A DNA stretch of 64,000 nucleotides, from assembly GCF_009914755.1 (NCBI RefSeq), contig NC_060928.1; one strand, written 5' to 3'. This DNA comes from the human T2T-CHM13v2.0 reference genome, Homo sapiens. Positions within the stretch are counted from its first letter, which is position 1. Every line of letters starts with the position of its first letter. Of this stretch, positions 51,600 through 64,000 are shown one piece after another. Both the position numbers and the translations under genes were made by a program. The notes beneath the pieces are model-generated. The model worked only from the letters and a program-made list of their open reading frames with translations. It was not told the DNA's origin and searched no databases.

Positions 51600-52576
51600 A
51601 ACTCTATCCCTCTGCTCTTTTATTCCTTTCACTCTTCTTGCTGACATTTGAAATCAAACGAAAACCCTTGACTCCTAATTTCTTGCCCTCCTAAAGTCCT
51701 AGCATCTTTTTAGCAACAAATTTCAGCCAGTTACTTTCTAGCAGGACTTTTTACCCCAAGTCCAAAATCCTCAGTTCAGTCATTTGATCCTATTAGGAGC
51801 CTATAATTCACTACTCTTATCAGTTTTAACCAATTCATCACTTCATCCATGTCCTATTTTCTTCCTCCACTTATTTCAGATTCCTCATCTTAGAAATTTA
51901 TTCAACCCTTGCTTACAGCCTTAATTTTATTATCTTTCTCTCTATCAGCAAAAACCCCAAACCTGGTTAATCTTCAACATAAGGACACTTCATAGAGCAC
52001 GTGTTCAACTGGATGTCACAGGAGAAAAATCACACAACTTTGTTGTCATGATTTATTGAAATCTTTTTTTCAGTAGACTTCATATGGATTTACTTTATAC
52101 CTATTGGCTGTATTATTGTGTTCCCAGACAAATATGCTTTCTCACCCTCCAAGGCAAGCACTCCACAGTCCTTCTCTCCACAAACCTCCTATACCCCCTT
52201 GCCTACAAACTGTGTCTTTGGGTCATACCTGGGAAAATTTAAGGGATAAGTTGGGAAATACCTGGTTATTCTACCACCAAATCCACCCACCAACCTGTTT
52301 TTCTACTTTCTTGCTATTTTCTCTTCTGGTGGAAAAAATGCTCTGGTGTCTCTCTCATGTCAAGTTCTTGGTGCTATTCTGATGTCTGACATTTGTTGCC
52401 TTCTATAGCTGTTGCACCAGTATTTCACCCTGCTCCTGTCTCCTAAATGTATCCCTTTTATTACTATTACTTATATTTACATTTAGACATGTCTAAATAT
52501 TTTCTGATTAAAATCAATGGTCTGCTCCTGTATCTCTTTCCTGATGGTACTATGCTTCTCATTAAGAGCAAGACCT

Positions 52577-53042
<466 letters not shown>

Positions 53043-53229
53043 TCAGAAAAGTTCACAAATGTCAAAAAATTATTAAATTTTATCCAAAAAAAGTATAGAC
53101 AGTACAAACATATTAATTGTATTATTTTCTACGAGACAACAGCAAGGAAAGAGAAAGAAATTAAAGTGTATTTATTTAGTGTCATAAATTAACAACTGGT
53201 GAAATGATTGATACTGTTTACATGCCTCT

Positions 53230-53325
53230 GATGAGATGGGCTCAGGTAGGTTAAGTCACTTGCCTAAAAATTCCAGAGCTTATTAATTTATGAATTTGCT
53301 TGCAAACCCAAGTCTGGGTCATTCC
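53230..53325 (-). mobile_element. MIR fragment
   Basis: gggctcaggtaggttaagtcacttgcctaa...gcaaacccaagtctg. Confidence 0.5.
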
Positions 53326-54223
53326 CTTTGCACCACCACGTGGAAATTTATAGCTGAAACAGTGGGGTTTCTTGATGGATTTAAGAGAATGAAAGAGAAA
53401 GGAAAATTGGTTCTTCTTCCTCACCTATTTCTTTTATTGTCTCATCTATTTTTGTTATTTGTTAGGCTTAACCTCCCAATCAATCTTTATTTATTTACTT
53501 TGTACTTTTGAAGATGAATACATTGTTACTTCTCATTGTAATCTCCACTAACATCTGTATTTCCTTTATAACTTAGTTGACCTATTTCTTTTCTCTGCCT
53601 TAGATTATAGCCACCTCCATTGCCTGAACCTTTAAAATGCAAATTACAGCTTACTACATATATTTCTTTTCTCTTTTAATATTCTTGTTTAAAATAGACA
53701 CATTTCAGTTTATTTGTTGCATTCTTGGAGTGCCTATTTGTAAATTAAGGGGCCATCTTTTTGAAGATGAGATGCTAACTGTTCAAATAATTCATAGGAG
53801 AATGATCATTTAATATTGAGCTAATTATTAACCACTTCATTTTAATATTCAAAATACAATGGTCTTAAATGCCATTGATTATGTCAACCTCTGGAAAAAT
53901 ATTAAAATATTAGGAGAAAATAGAACATGTCACAGAAGATATATGATGTTATAAATATTAGAGTCCACCTGAAAAGGAGGTTACATTTCTGTAACATTCC
54001 TAAGGTTCTCAAATACTAAGGACATTTTTAAAAATTCAATCAATCACCATTTACTAAAGAATAACACACAGAAATGTAGGGCTGTGTTACAAACAATAGC
54101 ATGCAGAAAGTGTTAGTTTTTGAGATATATTTTTCATTAGATTATTCAATATATTTTTCAATATCTTTTTTATACACATCTCAGCTAAAAAGGGAAGTAT
54201 GACTCTCTTATGATTTCAGATAT

Positions 54224-54405
54224 AGTTAGTACTTAAATGAAATTCCCAAGTAATTGGCTAATTTTTCGATTTTTAAACCAGATGGTTTGTGTCACGTAGA
54301 GGCAAACATAAGGATTAAATATCCTATAAAACCCATCAAATTCATTTAAATCATTAAATAGTGTTTACTAGATTTTGGCAACATTTTCCTGGGTACATAT
54401 TTTGT
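54224..54405 (+). repeat. Copy 1 of a ~181-bp dispersed direct duplication
   Basis: Aligns by eye to 56010-56190 with about 14 substitutions and 1 indel. Confidence 0.95.
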
Positions 54406-54557
54406 AGCTGACAATTGTAAAACAATGCAGGTATCCTGTCTTATGTTTAAACCAGGAAACCAAATAATTGAATTTTCATCCTAAACTACAACCTTTTTAT
54501 AAACATATAAAAACATTGTTAGAACATGAGTTCAGTGATGCATCAAGACATATAAAT

Positions 54558-54826
54558 GGTCGTGTGCAGTGGCCTGTGCCTAAAATCCCAGAATTTTGGG
54601 AGACCAAGGTGGGCAGATCACCTGAGATCAGGCGTTTGAGACCAGCCTAGCCAAAATGGTGAAACCCTGTCTCTACTAAGGATACAAAATTTAATCGGCT
54701 GTGGTGCCGCTACTTGAGAGGCTGAGGCAGGAGAATCACATGAACTCAGAAGGCAGAGTTTGCAGTGACCTGAGATTGTGACACTGCACTCCAGTCTGGG
54801 TGACAGAGTGAGACAAAAAAAAAAAA
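54558..54826 (+). mobile_element. Diverged AluS-type SINE with a deletion in the right arm
   Basis: ggtcgtgtgcagtggc...gatcacctgagatcagg...gtgacagagtgagac plus A-tail. ggtgcc|gctacttg lacks tgtaatccca. Confidence 0.92.
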
Positions 54827-56009
54827 GCCATAATTCTATTTTAATATAGACAATTAAAATAACTAAAAGCTAAAATATTTCTGAAGACAGAGTTCACTTT
54901 CTAGCATATATATGGCATGCATATTATATTTCTAAATCTTCTTTTCATTTTAAATTGGAAATAAATTTCCTTGAGAGAAAGAATGTGGCAGACTGGTAAG
55001 TAGTATAATTTTGATGAGTACTTGATTAAGATTATGGCCAAGTCTTGGGACACACTAAATAATTTTACCTTGGGTGTAAAAGGTCATTATTTAATTTAGT
55101 ATCCGGGGATGGAATTAACCATTATATTCTTTATGATAATATCATTTTGTTTTGGAAATCCTAACAGCATAATATATTAATGTTGTATTGGTTTAAATTA
55201 TTATTTGCCTTTAAAATAATGACAAGTGTCATTAAATGCATAATGTATATATAATGCAGACATAGAATTATGTAATCTTAATTTTGGAGTTAAAGAGGGA
55301 ACTAGACCATAATGTAGGGCTATTTCACAAGATGCTCTTATTTATTATTATTATTTGCTTAAAATTTAAAACAAAAATCTTTCCTAATATTCACAAATAA
55401 ATAGGGTTTAGCATCTTACATTTTTTGATGAAAAAAACGTATTATAAATAAATGATAACTATGTTTGTCAAAAATTCCCCGGTTTAGAAATATTTTAGTT
55501 TGAAGTACATATCTCAGTGAAAAATCAACTAATTGAGCTAATAGTAGTTAGGCAACTCCTTTTCTCCCCTGATTCATTTCATACTCCCAGAACCAATTAC
55601 AATAATGAGGAATAAGATGGAACTGGGAAGGTGTGAGTGCATAAAATGTTAGCGTTTCTATTATGGGATTTTCTTACTATGCCTGTCCTATACCCATTCT
55701 CTTTAGTAAGACCCTGATACTGAAAACTTTTTCAGTTCCTTTTTCAGCAAGAATTTTTAGAGATGATTCTCCCTAAAGTAAAAGTAATCAACATGGTATC
55801 CTACCAAAAGCCATAAACACCCAAAGAGAGAATGTGATCAAGCCCATGGTAGTCTTCTATCCTGGGGCAAGAGACACAAAGTCAGGAAGAGGTGATGTAG
55901 GGGAAATTATGCCATTGCCACCTTCTTTTTTTTCATGTGCTTATAACACAGAGTCTTATTTTTATTTGATTTGATTTATTGCTGATACAGTGCTTAATTC
56001 AGTTAATTC

Positions 56010-56190
56010 AGTTGGTACTTAAATGAAATTCCCCAGTAATTGGCTAATTTTTTGTTTTTTCAACCAGATGGTTTGTGTCATGTAGATGCAAACATAAAAA
56101 TTAAATATCCTATAAAATCCATCAAATTCATTTAAGTATTAAACAGTATTTACTAGATTTTGGCAACATTTTCCTGGCTACATATTTTGT
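56010..56190 (+). repeat. Copy 2 of a ~181-bp dispersed direct duplication
   Basis: See copy 1; offset 1786 bp. Confidence 0.95.
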
Positions 56191-56204
56191 GTATGTTTGT
56201 GAGG

Positions 56205-57045
56205 GATGATATTGGCAAAAGGCAGATAATCACTCATTCTCCCATTGACACACTGAAAAACAACCAGAAGCTGTCTGAATGAATACTGTAGAAATTCTAG
56301 ACAACAATCAAAAGTTTGTAGCGAACACAAAAGTAATCAATAAAAAGCCATCTTCAAAACAGTCGGAAAGTTTTCTGGTATTTTTACTCACTTTTATCCT
56401 CCCCTCCTACCCAGGGTGAGCAATATTCTTGGTCTTAAATGGTAGCAATCACTTCCCAGTTTCCCTCTCTAAACCAGACAGAGTAGAGCAGACGTGGTTT
56501 GCAAATCATTGTGTATGTCTCCTCTAACCTGTCTGGAGGACTTATTCATCTCTGTCTTGCATAAGTAGGAATACAAATGTAAAAAGAGGCAAGTACTATT
56601 GGAGACTATTCAATGTCATTAACAGATGAATGAATAAAACAAGTGTAGTATGTACATACTATGGACTGTTACTCAGCCTTAGAAAAGAAGGAAATTGTGA
56701 TACACGCTACAATGAATGAACCTTGAAAACGCTACGCTGAGATGAGCCAGACAAGAACAGACAAATATTGTATGATTCCACTTATATGAAGCACCTAGAG
56801 TGGGTAAATTCATAGAGACAGAAAATACAAGGAAATATCCGGAGCTTGGGAGAATGGAAAATATAGAGTTATTGTTGAATATGTATAGAACTTTTCTTGG
56901 AATGATAAAAAGGCTTCAGAAATGGCTATCAATGATAGTTGCAAAACATTACAAATATACATAGTGGCACTGAATTGCAAACTGAAACATGATTAAAATG
57001 ATAAATTCTATGGTATGAATATTTTACACAATAAAAAGTAAATGA
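56205..57045 (+). mobile_element. L1MB-like element: 5'-end-like sequence joined directly to the 3' end
   Basis: 5'-end-like block (gaaattctagacaacaatcaaaagttt; gaaagttttctggtatttttactcac) to ~56605. Then cattaacagatgaatgaataaa...gattccacttatatga...gcactgaattg...tattttacacaataaaa (L1MB 3' UTR). Confidence 0.7.
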
Positions 57046-57186
57046 AAAAAATGAGTGTGCTAGTGAAAAATAATAGTCTATCAGTAAATTGCAAAAGTTA
57101 GCTAAGAAATCACATTTCAATGATGAAGCTCCATGCTGGTCTAGAGTAAAATACTTAGTAATAATTTATTTCCCCTTAAACATTTT

Positions 57187-58484
57187 TTTAATTATACTTT
57201 AAGTTCTAGGGTACATGTGTACAACGTGCAGGTTTGTTACATATGTATACATGTGCCATGTTGGTTTGCTGCACCCATCAACTCGTCATTTACATTAGGT
57301 ATTTCTCCTAATGCTATACTTCCCCCAGCTCCTCACCCCACGAAAGACCCTGGTGTGAGATGTTCCCCACCCTATGCCCAAGTGTTCTCATTGTTCAATT
57401 CCCACCTATGAGTGAGAACATGCAGTGTTTGGTTTTCTGTCCTTGTGATAGTTTGCTGAGAATGATGGTTTCCAGCTTCAGCCATGTCCCTACAAAGGAC
57501 ATGAACTCATTATTTTTTATGGCTTCATAGTATTCCATGGTGTATATGTGCCACATTTTCTTAATCAAGTCTATTATTGATGGACATATGGGTTGGTTCC
57601 GAGTCTTTGCTATTGTGAATACTGCCACAATAAACATATGTGTGCATGTGTTTTCATAGCAGCATGATACATAATCCTTCGGGTATACACCCAGTAATGG
57701 GATCACTGGGTCAAATGGTATTTCTAGTTCTAGATCCTTCAGGAATCGCCACACTGTCTTCCACAATGGTTGAACTAATTTACACTCCCACCAACAGTGT
57801 AAAAGTGTTCCTATTTCTCCACATCTTCTCCAGCATCTGTTGTTTCCTGATTTTTTAATGATTGCCATTCTAACTGGCATGAGATGGTATCTCATTGTGG
57901 TTATGATTTGCATTTCTCTGATGACCAGTGATGATGAGCATTTTTTCATGTGTCTGCTAGCTCTATAAATGTCTTCTTTTGAGAAGTGTTTGTTCATGTC
58001 CTTTGCCCACTTTTTGATGGGGTTGTTTGATTTTTTCTTGTAAATTTATTTAAGTTCTTTGTATATTCTGGATATTAGCCGTTTGTCAGATGGGTAGATT
58101 GCAAAAATCTTCTCCCATTCTGTAGGTTGCATGTTCACTCTGATGGTAGTTTATTTTGCCATGCAGAAGCTCTTTAATTTAATTAGATCCTATTTGTCTA
58201 TGTTGGCTTTAGTTGCCATTGCTTTTGGTGTTTTAATCATGAAGTCCTTGCCCATGCCTATGACCTGCATGGTATTGCCTAGGTTTTCTTCTAGGTTTTT
58301 TATGGTTTTAGGTCTAACATTTAAATCTTTAATCCATCTTGAATTATTTTTTATATAAGATGTAAGGAAGGAATCCAGTTTCAGCTTTCTACATATGGCT
58401 AGCCAGTTTTTCCAGCATGATTTGTTAAGTAGGCAATCCTTTCCCCATTTCTTTTTTTTGTCAGGTTTGTCAAAGATCAGATGG
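57187..58484 (-). mobile_element. 5'-truncated L1PA6/7-like insertion
   Basis: Antisense 3' UTR attatactttaagttctagggtacatgtg.... Perfect 17-bp TSD TTCCCCTTAAACATTTT at 57170-57186 and 58496-58512. Confidence 0.95.
57395..57997 (-). pseudogene. L1 ORF2 C-terminal (cysteine-rich) fragment
   Basis: 200-aa ORF with [19 protein letters not shown] and the native ORF2 end FSLIGGN*. Confidence 0.9.
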
Positions 58485-58734
58485 CCAGAGAGGTGTTCCC
58501 CTTAAACATTTTAAATGCATTTCCCATATATTATATAAATGAATTTTGAAAGAAAAATCAGTGACACTTCTTGTATAAATGACATGTTCACTATTTCCCA
58601 CTAAACTCTGAGACTGGGGGTTGTACAATAGTCAATAATAACACTAAGACAAACACTTATTAAGAATATGTGTTTCAAATTATATCACACATTCCACATA
58701 CATACACATGAACACACATTGACCATACTTATAA

Positions 58735-58855
58735 AGGAATGGTTAGTATTATTCCAAATTTAAAGATGAGTAGCCAGGTCTAAAAGATTTAAGTAAGATT
58801 TCCACATATATTTCGACTTTATAAAATGTGATAGGGTGTTAGCTTTGACTACTAA
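58735..58855 (-). mobile_element. MIR fragment
   Basis: gtattattccaaatttaaagatgagtagccaggtctaaaagatttaagtaagatttcc. Confidence 0.45.
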
Positions 58856-59561
58856 TGTGGAGATACTTAAAATGTCTTCTGAGTTTATAGAAACAATGTA
58901 ATAGCTACAGATACCTCTTTTGTCGGTCACCACATAATCAAAGGTATTTTGTTATATATTTGACATTGTTTCATTTTTCTGCAAAATGTCCCTAAACCTA
59001 AATCTATATGTTCAATACAGGAAGACAAATATACTAACATGCTTGCTATTAAAGTCCTTCTGATTGATGACTATTTTATTCAAAGTAAAGTTTACCCTCT
59101 ATTTTAAGCATGTTTTTCTTTGCTATTGCCAACACGGTCTATTCTTCCAAAGCATATGATCTTATTGTCTTATTTTTTTTCACATAGGTCACAAGTAATT
59201 TATAATATATACATAGTATATTTATAATACATAAACATATATGTTATATAATATGCATTTATATAACATGTTATATGTATATGATAAGTATAGTGCTATT
59301 CTAGTCATAGCAATAAAATACTACTTAGGCATGAGAGAGAAAATTTATGGAGTACTTGAAAGAGGAGTCATAGAAATTCATCAAGGAAAAGAGAAATGTA
59401 TGTTCATAAATGGGTAAAGACTATGGAAAATAAAGTTTAAAATTCAAAGACTGCAAAATCATAGGCATACAAAGAAACAAGTATAAATGAATCTATTGAA
59501 AATCATCTTAAACTTAGTACTTTTACAATAAATTATTCAGTGGCTATAATATAGTAATCTT

Positions 59562-59580
59562 TGTGTGTGTGTGTGTGTGT
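59562..59580. repeat. Short (TG)n microsatellite
   Basis: Directly visible. Confidence 0.9.
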
Positions 59581-59639
59581 ATAATACACACATTAACAAT
59601 TTTAAATATATCTACATATATAACTATGATATATGTGAA

Positions 59640-60125
59640 TGAATGTGTGCCTTATTTCAAAGTTATTGCGATCTTGTTTGCAAGACAGAAAGACAAATAT
59701 ATTTGTAGATAACTATAATAATTATAATATGCTCTCAATAAATATATGCTCAGAATTTATGGACAAACAAAAAAGTTTCCATCAGAAAGTGTTCAAGAAA
59801 ATTTCAAGGAATGGTTAATATTTAGGCTAAGAGTAAAGGGATGATTATAGATATTCAGGAATTTTAAGTAAATTATAAATAAGAGAAAGGCAAGTTAAAC
59901 ATTTTGAGCAATGTCATGGATTAGAAAACTACATGGCACATTCAGGAAACTAATGATAAACTCGTATTACCATAGCATCAGATGCCAGGAAGTAAACACA
60001 GAATTTTACTGAGGATCAAGGAAGTCCTGATCTGGCAAGTTAAAGAAGTAAGACTTAAAATTATGGGAGCTACTGAGGGATTTAAAGAAGGTCACACTTT
60101 GGTTGTAAAGAAATAATTCTCAATT
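59640..60125 (-). mobile_element. L2 LINE relic
   Basis: tcaagaaaatttcaaggaatggttaatatttaggctaagagtaaaggga; catggcacattcaggaaac; atgggagctactgagggatttaaagaagg. Confidence 0.5.
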
Positions 60126-60139
60126 GAATAATTTCACTG

Positions 60140-61610
60140 TTAGCATGGCAGCATGAAGAGCTTCACAGATTTGTTCCCTAGCCAAAAAGTAAAAATTACT
60201 GAAAAAAAAATTCTGACATTTGCCAAAATATTACTAAGGGCATACAGTAAATGAAGAAAGATTTGTTCAACAAATCTACTAAAAGCTTTATTAGAAAAAC
60301 GAGTGTGAGGCATTTGGACCACATCTCAGTTTCTCCCCATGCTACCTTCACCCTCCACCCTAGCTCAGAATTATGAAAATGCCACTCTAAATGAGAGCAT
60401 CCACTTCTTCCCCCAGCTCCCAATTGGTGTGCTACAGTATCTGTCCAGGAGGGGAAAGCAGATGAACAAATAAAAGAAAACAAACAAAGCAAATAGCAGG
60501 TTTCATCCTGCCCATGGCTACCTGTAGCAGAGGCTAGGTTTCAGGGTGAGTGCAGCTTAGAGGTGAGTAAAAATGCTGAAAGCCAAAGACAAGGAGAAAT
60601 TTTGAAGACAGCAAGAGAAAAATGATTTTCTACTTACAAGGAACCCTAATAAGAGTAACACCTGACTTCTCACGCATAATAACGGAGTTCACAAGGCAGT
60701 AGACTACAAAATTCAAAGTGCTGAAAGAAAAAAATATATAATTAAACAAGAATTCTATATCCAATAAAGCCATATCTCAAAAATGAAGGTAAAATAAAGA
60801 TACTTCCTGATAAATAATAACTGGAACAATTTGTTGCCATCAGACCCAAGTTATAGAGAACACTAAAGAAATTTCTTCAGGGTAAAAGCAAGTAAAAGCA
60901 GACAGCAATTTTAATCCACTGAAAGAACAAAAAAGCAAATAACACTGCTTAAGGTAATTATCCAATTATAAAATATAGTATAATTCATTCTTTCATTTTA
61001 AATTGTCTTAAAATCCATTCTACAATTACATCGATTGTTATGAGTACAATTACATTCATTGTTCAGCCTATAACTTATTGAATAAAATGTACTTGCCAGT
61101 AACAGGAAAGTAAGTGGGTGAAAGGCTATTCTGGGATCAGAAAGTTACACAATAGGATAACTTAAAAGACAGAGACAAAAAATAGAAACAATTGATAAAA
61201 AATAAGTTAATATGATTAGGGGGGAATAAAAAATATAATAAAAGCTAGAAATACACACTTGCTTTAATTTTTTCCCCAAGGTTCATTAAAAGCATAAAAT
61301 TTTATAAAGTAATACTTATAGCAATGTATTATTGGGTTTGTAACTTATATGGGTATAATATATATAACAATAATATCACAAAAAAAGGGAAAGAGAATAG
61401 AGTTATATAGGATTAACATTTATATGTCTCACTGGAAATAGTATAAACATGAAGCAGCTTCTGAAAGGTTTAAAGCAACCACTAAGAAAATAACTCGAAA
61501 TATATATAATGAAAAGCCATTAAAAGCATCTTTTTGCAAATGTTGGTCAGACTGCTGACCATCGCATTCAGTATAGTAAATTGGAAATATTCTTCAAAAT
61601 ATATCAAAAA
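60140..61610 (+). mobile_element. Old L1 (L1MC/L1M4-like) 5' end fused to the ORF1 C-terminal half and inter-ORF region
   Basis: 5'-end-like block (agggcatacagtaaatgaagaaagatttgttcaac) to ~60568, then ORF1 motifs atgctgaaagccaaagacaaggag, acctgacttctca and aagaattctatatcca. Confidence 0.7.
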
Positions 61611-61611
61611 G

Positions 61612-61874
61612 GGCTGGGTACAGTGGCTCACACCAGTAATCCCAGCACTTTTGGAGGCTGAGGTGGGTGGATCACCTGAGGTCAGGAGTTTGAGGCCAGC
61701 CTGGCCAACATGGTGAAACCCCTGTCTACTAAAAATACAAAAATTGGCTGGTTGTGGTGGCAGGAGCCTGTAATCCCAGCTACTCCGGAGGTTGAGCAGG
61801 AGAATAGCTTGAACCAGGGAGGCGGAGGTTGCAGTGAGTTGAGATAGTGCCACTGCACTCCAGCCTGGGAAACA
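61612..61874 (+). mobile_element. AluSx/Sz-like SINE lacking its last ~20 nt and A-tail
   Basis: Dimer ends at cagcctgggaaaca, followed by (TA)5 and then L1MA sequence. Confidence 0.93.
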
Positions 61875-61884
61875 ATATATATAT

Positions 61885-62360
61885 AGAATGAAATCCTGTC
61901 ATTTGCAGCAACAGCAACATGAATGGAATGTGATGTAATGATGTTAAGTGAGAAAGGCCAGGCACAGAAAAAGAAATATCACATGTTCTCACTCATAATT
62001 GGAAGATAACAAAATAAATTTCGTAGAGGTAGAGAGTAGAATGGTGGTTACCAGAGGCTAAAAACAAAAGGGAGGAGGAAGAAGAGAAGTTGGCTAGTGG
62101 GTATAAAACTACTGTTAGATAGAGAAAATATGTTCCATTATTTGATGGTACAGTAAAGGAATTATAGTTGATAATTTATTGTAAATTTCAAAATAGCTGG
62201 AAAAGAAGAAATATAATGTTTCCAACACAAAGAAAAGTGTTTGAAATGATGGATATCTAAACGAGTCTAATTTGATAATTACACATTTTATACATATATC
62301 AAAATATCATATATACCCCCAAAATATGTACAACTAAACATATCAGTAAAAAATATAAAA
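61885..62360 (+). mobile_element. L1MA-like 3' UTR fragment
   Basis: gaatgaaatcctgtcatttgcagcaac...gtagagagtagaatggtggttaccagaggc...atatacccccaaaatatgtacaac plus A-rich end. Confidence 0.85.
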
Positions 62361-62364
62361 TATA

Positions 62365-62511
62365 TATTTAACTCAAATAGGGCCATAAACATAAAAGTTA
62401 GAGCTAAGACACTTACAAGAAAATGAGTTTTTTGACCTCGGATTTAGCAATGGACTTTTAGATATGACGCCATAAGCATAAGCAACAAAAGAAAACTAAA
62501 TAAATCAAACT

Positions 62512-62513
<2 letters not shown>
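62365..62513 (+). mobile_element. Old L1 ORF2 fragment (target of the young L1PA insertion)
   Basis: ttttgacctcggatttagcaatggacttttagatatgacgccataagcataagcaacaaaagaaaa. Confidence 0.65.

Positions 62514-64000
<1,487 letters not shown>

Overview
AT-rich primate genomic DNA, most likely human or great ape (AluY-like and L1PA2/3-like copies are present). It reads as intergenic or deep intronic sequence. I found no host protein-coding exon, tRNA, rRNA or CRISPR array. Every ORF in the track that resembles a real protein comes from a transposable element: L1 ORF2, Tigger2 transposase or ERVL pol. By eye, more than half of the window is interspersed repeat: L1 copies of many ages, seven full or near-full Alus plus one fragment, MIR/L2 relics, solo LTRs, half of an ERVL provirus, a near-complete Tigger2 with a MER8 nested inside it, and MADE1/MER47 miniatures. 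The most notable structures are (1) a polyadenylated retrocopy of an mRNA 3' end (~33.2-33.6 kb); (2) a ~181-bp non-repeat module duplicated 1.8 kb away; (3) three L1 junctions with twin-priming inversion geometry; (4) a recursive-splice-like AG|GT site; (5) a good CTCF motif; and (6) two long AT-rich inverted repeats. I do not see convincing evidence of a new multi-gene system. Subfamily names come from recalled consensus sequences and need RepeatMasker/Dfam confirmation. Boundaries of old elements are approximate.
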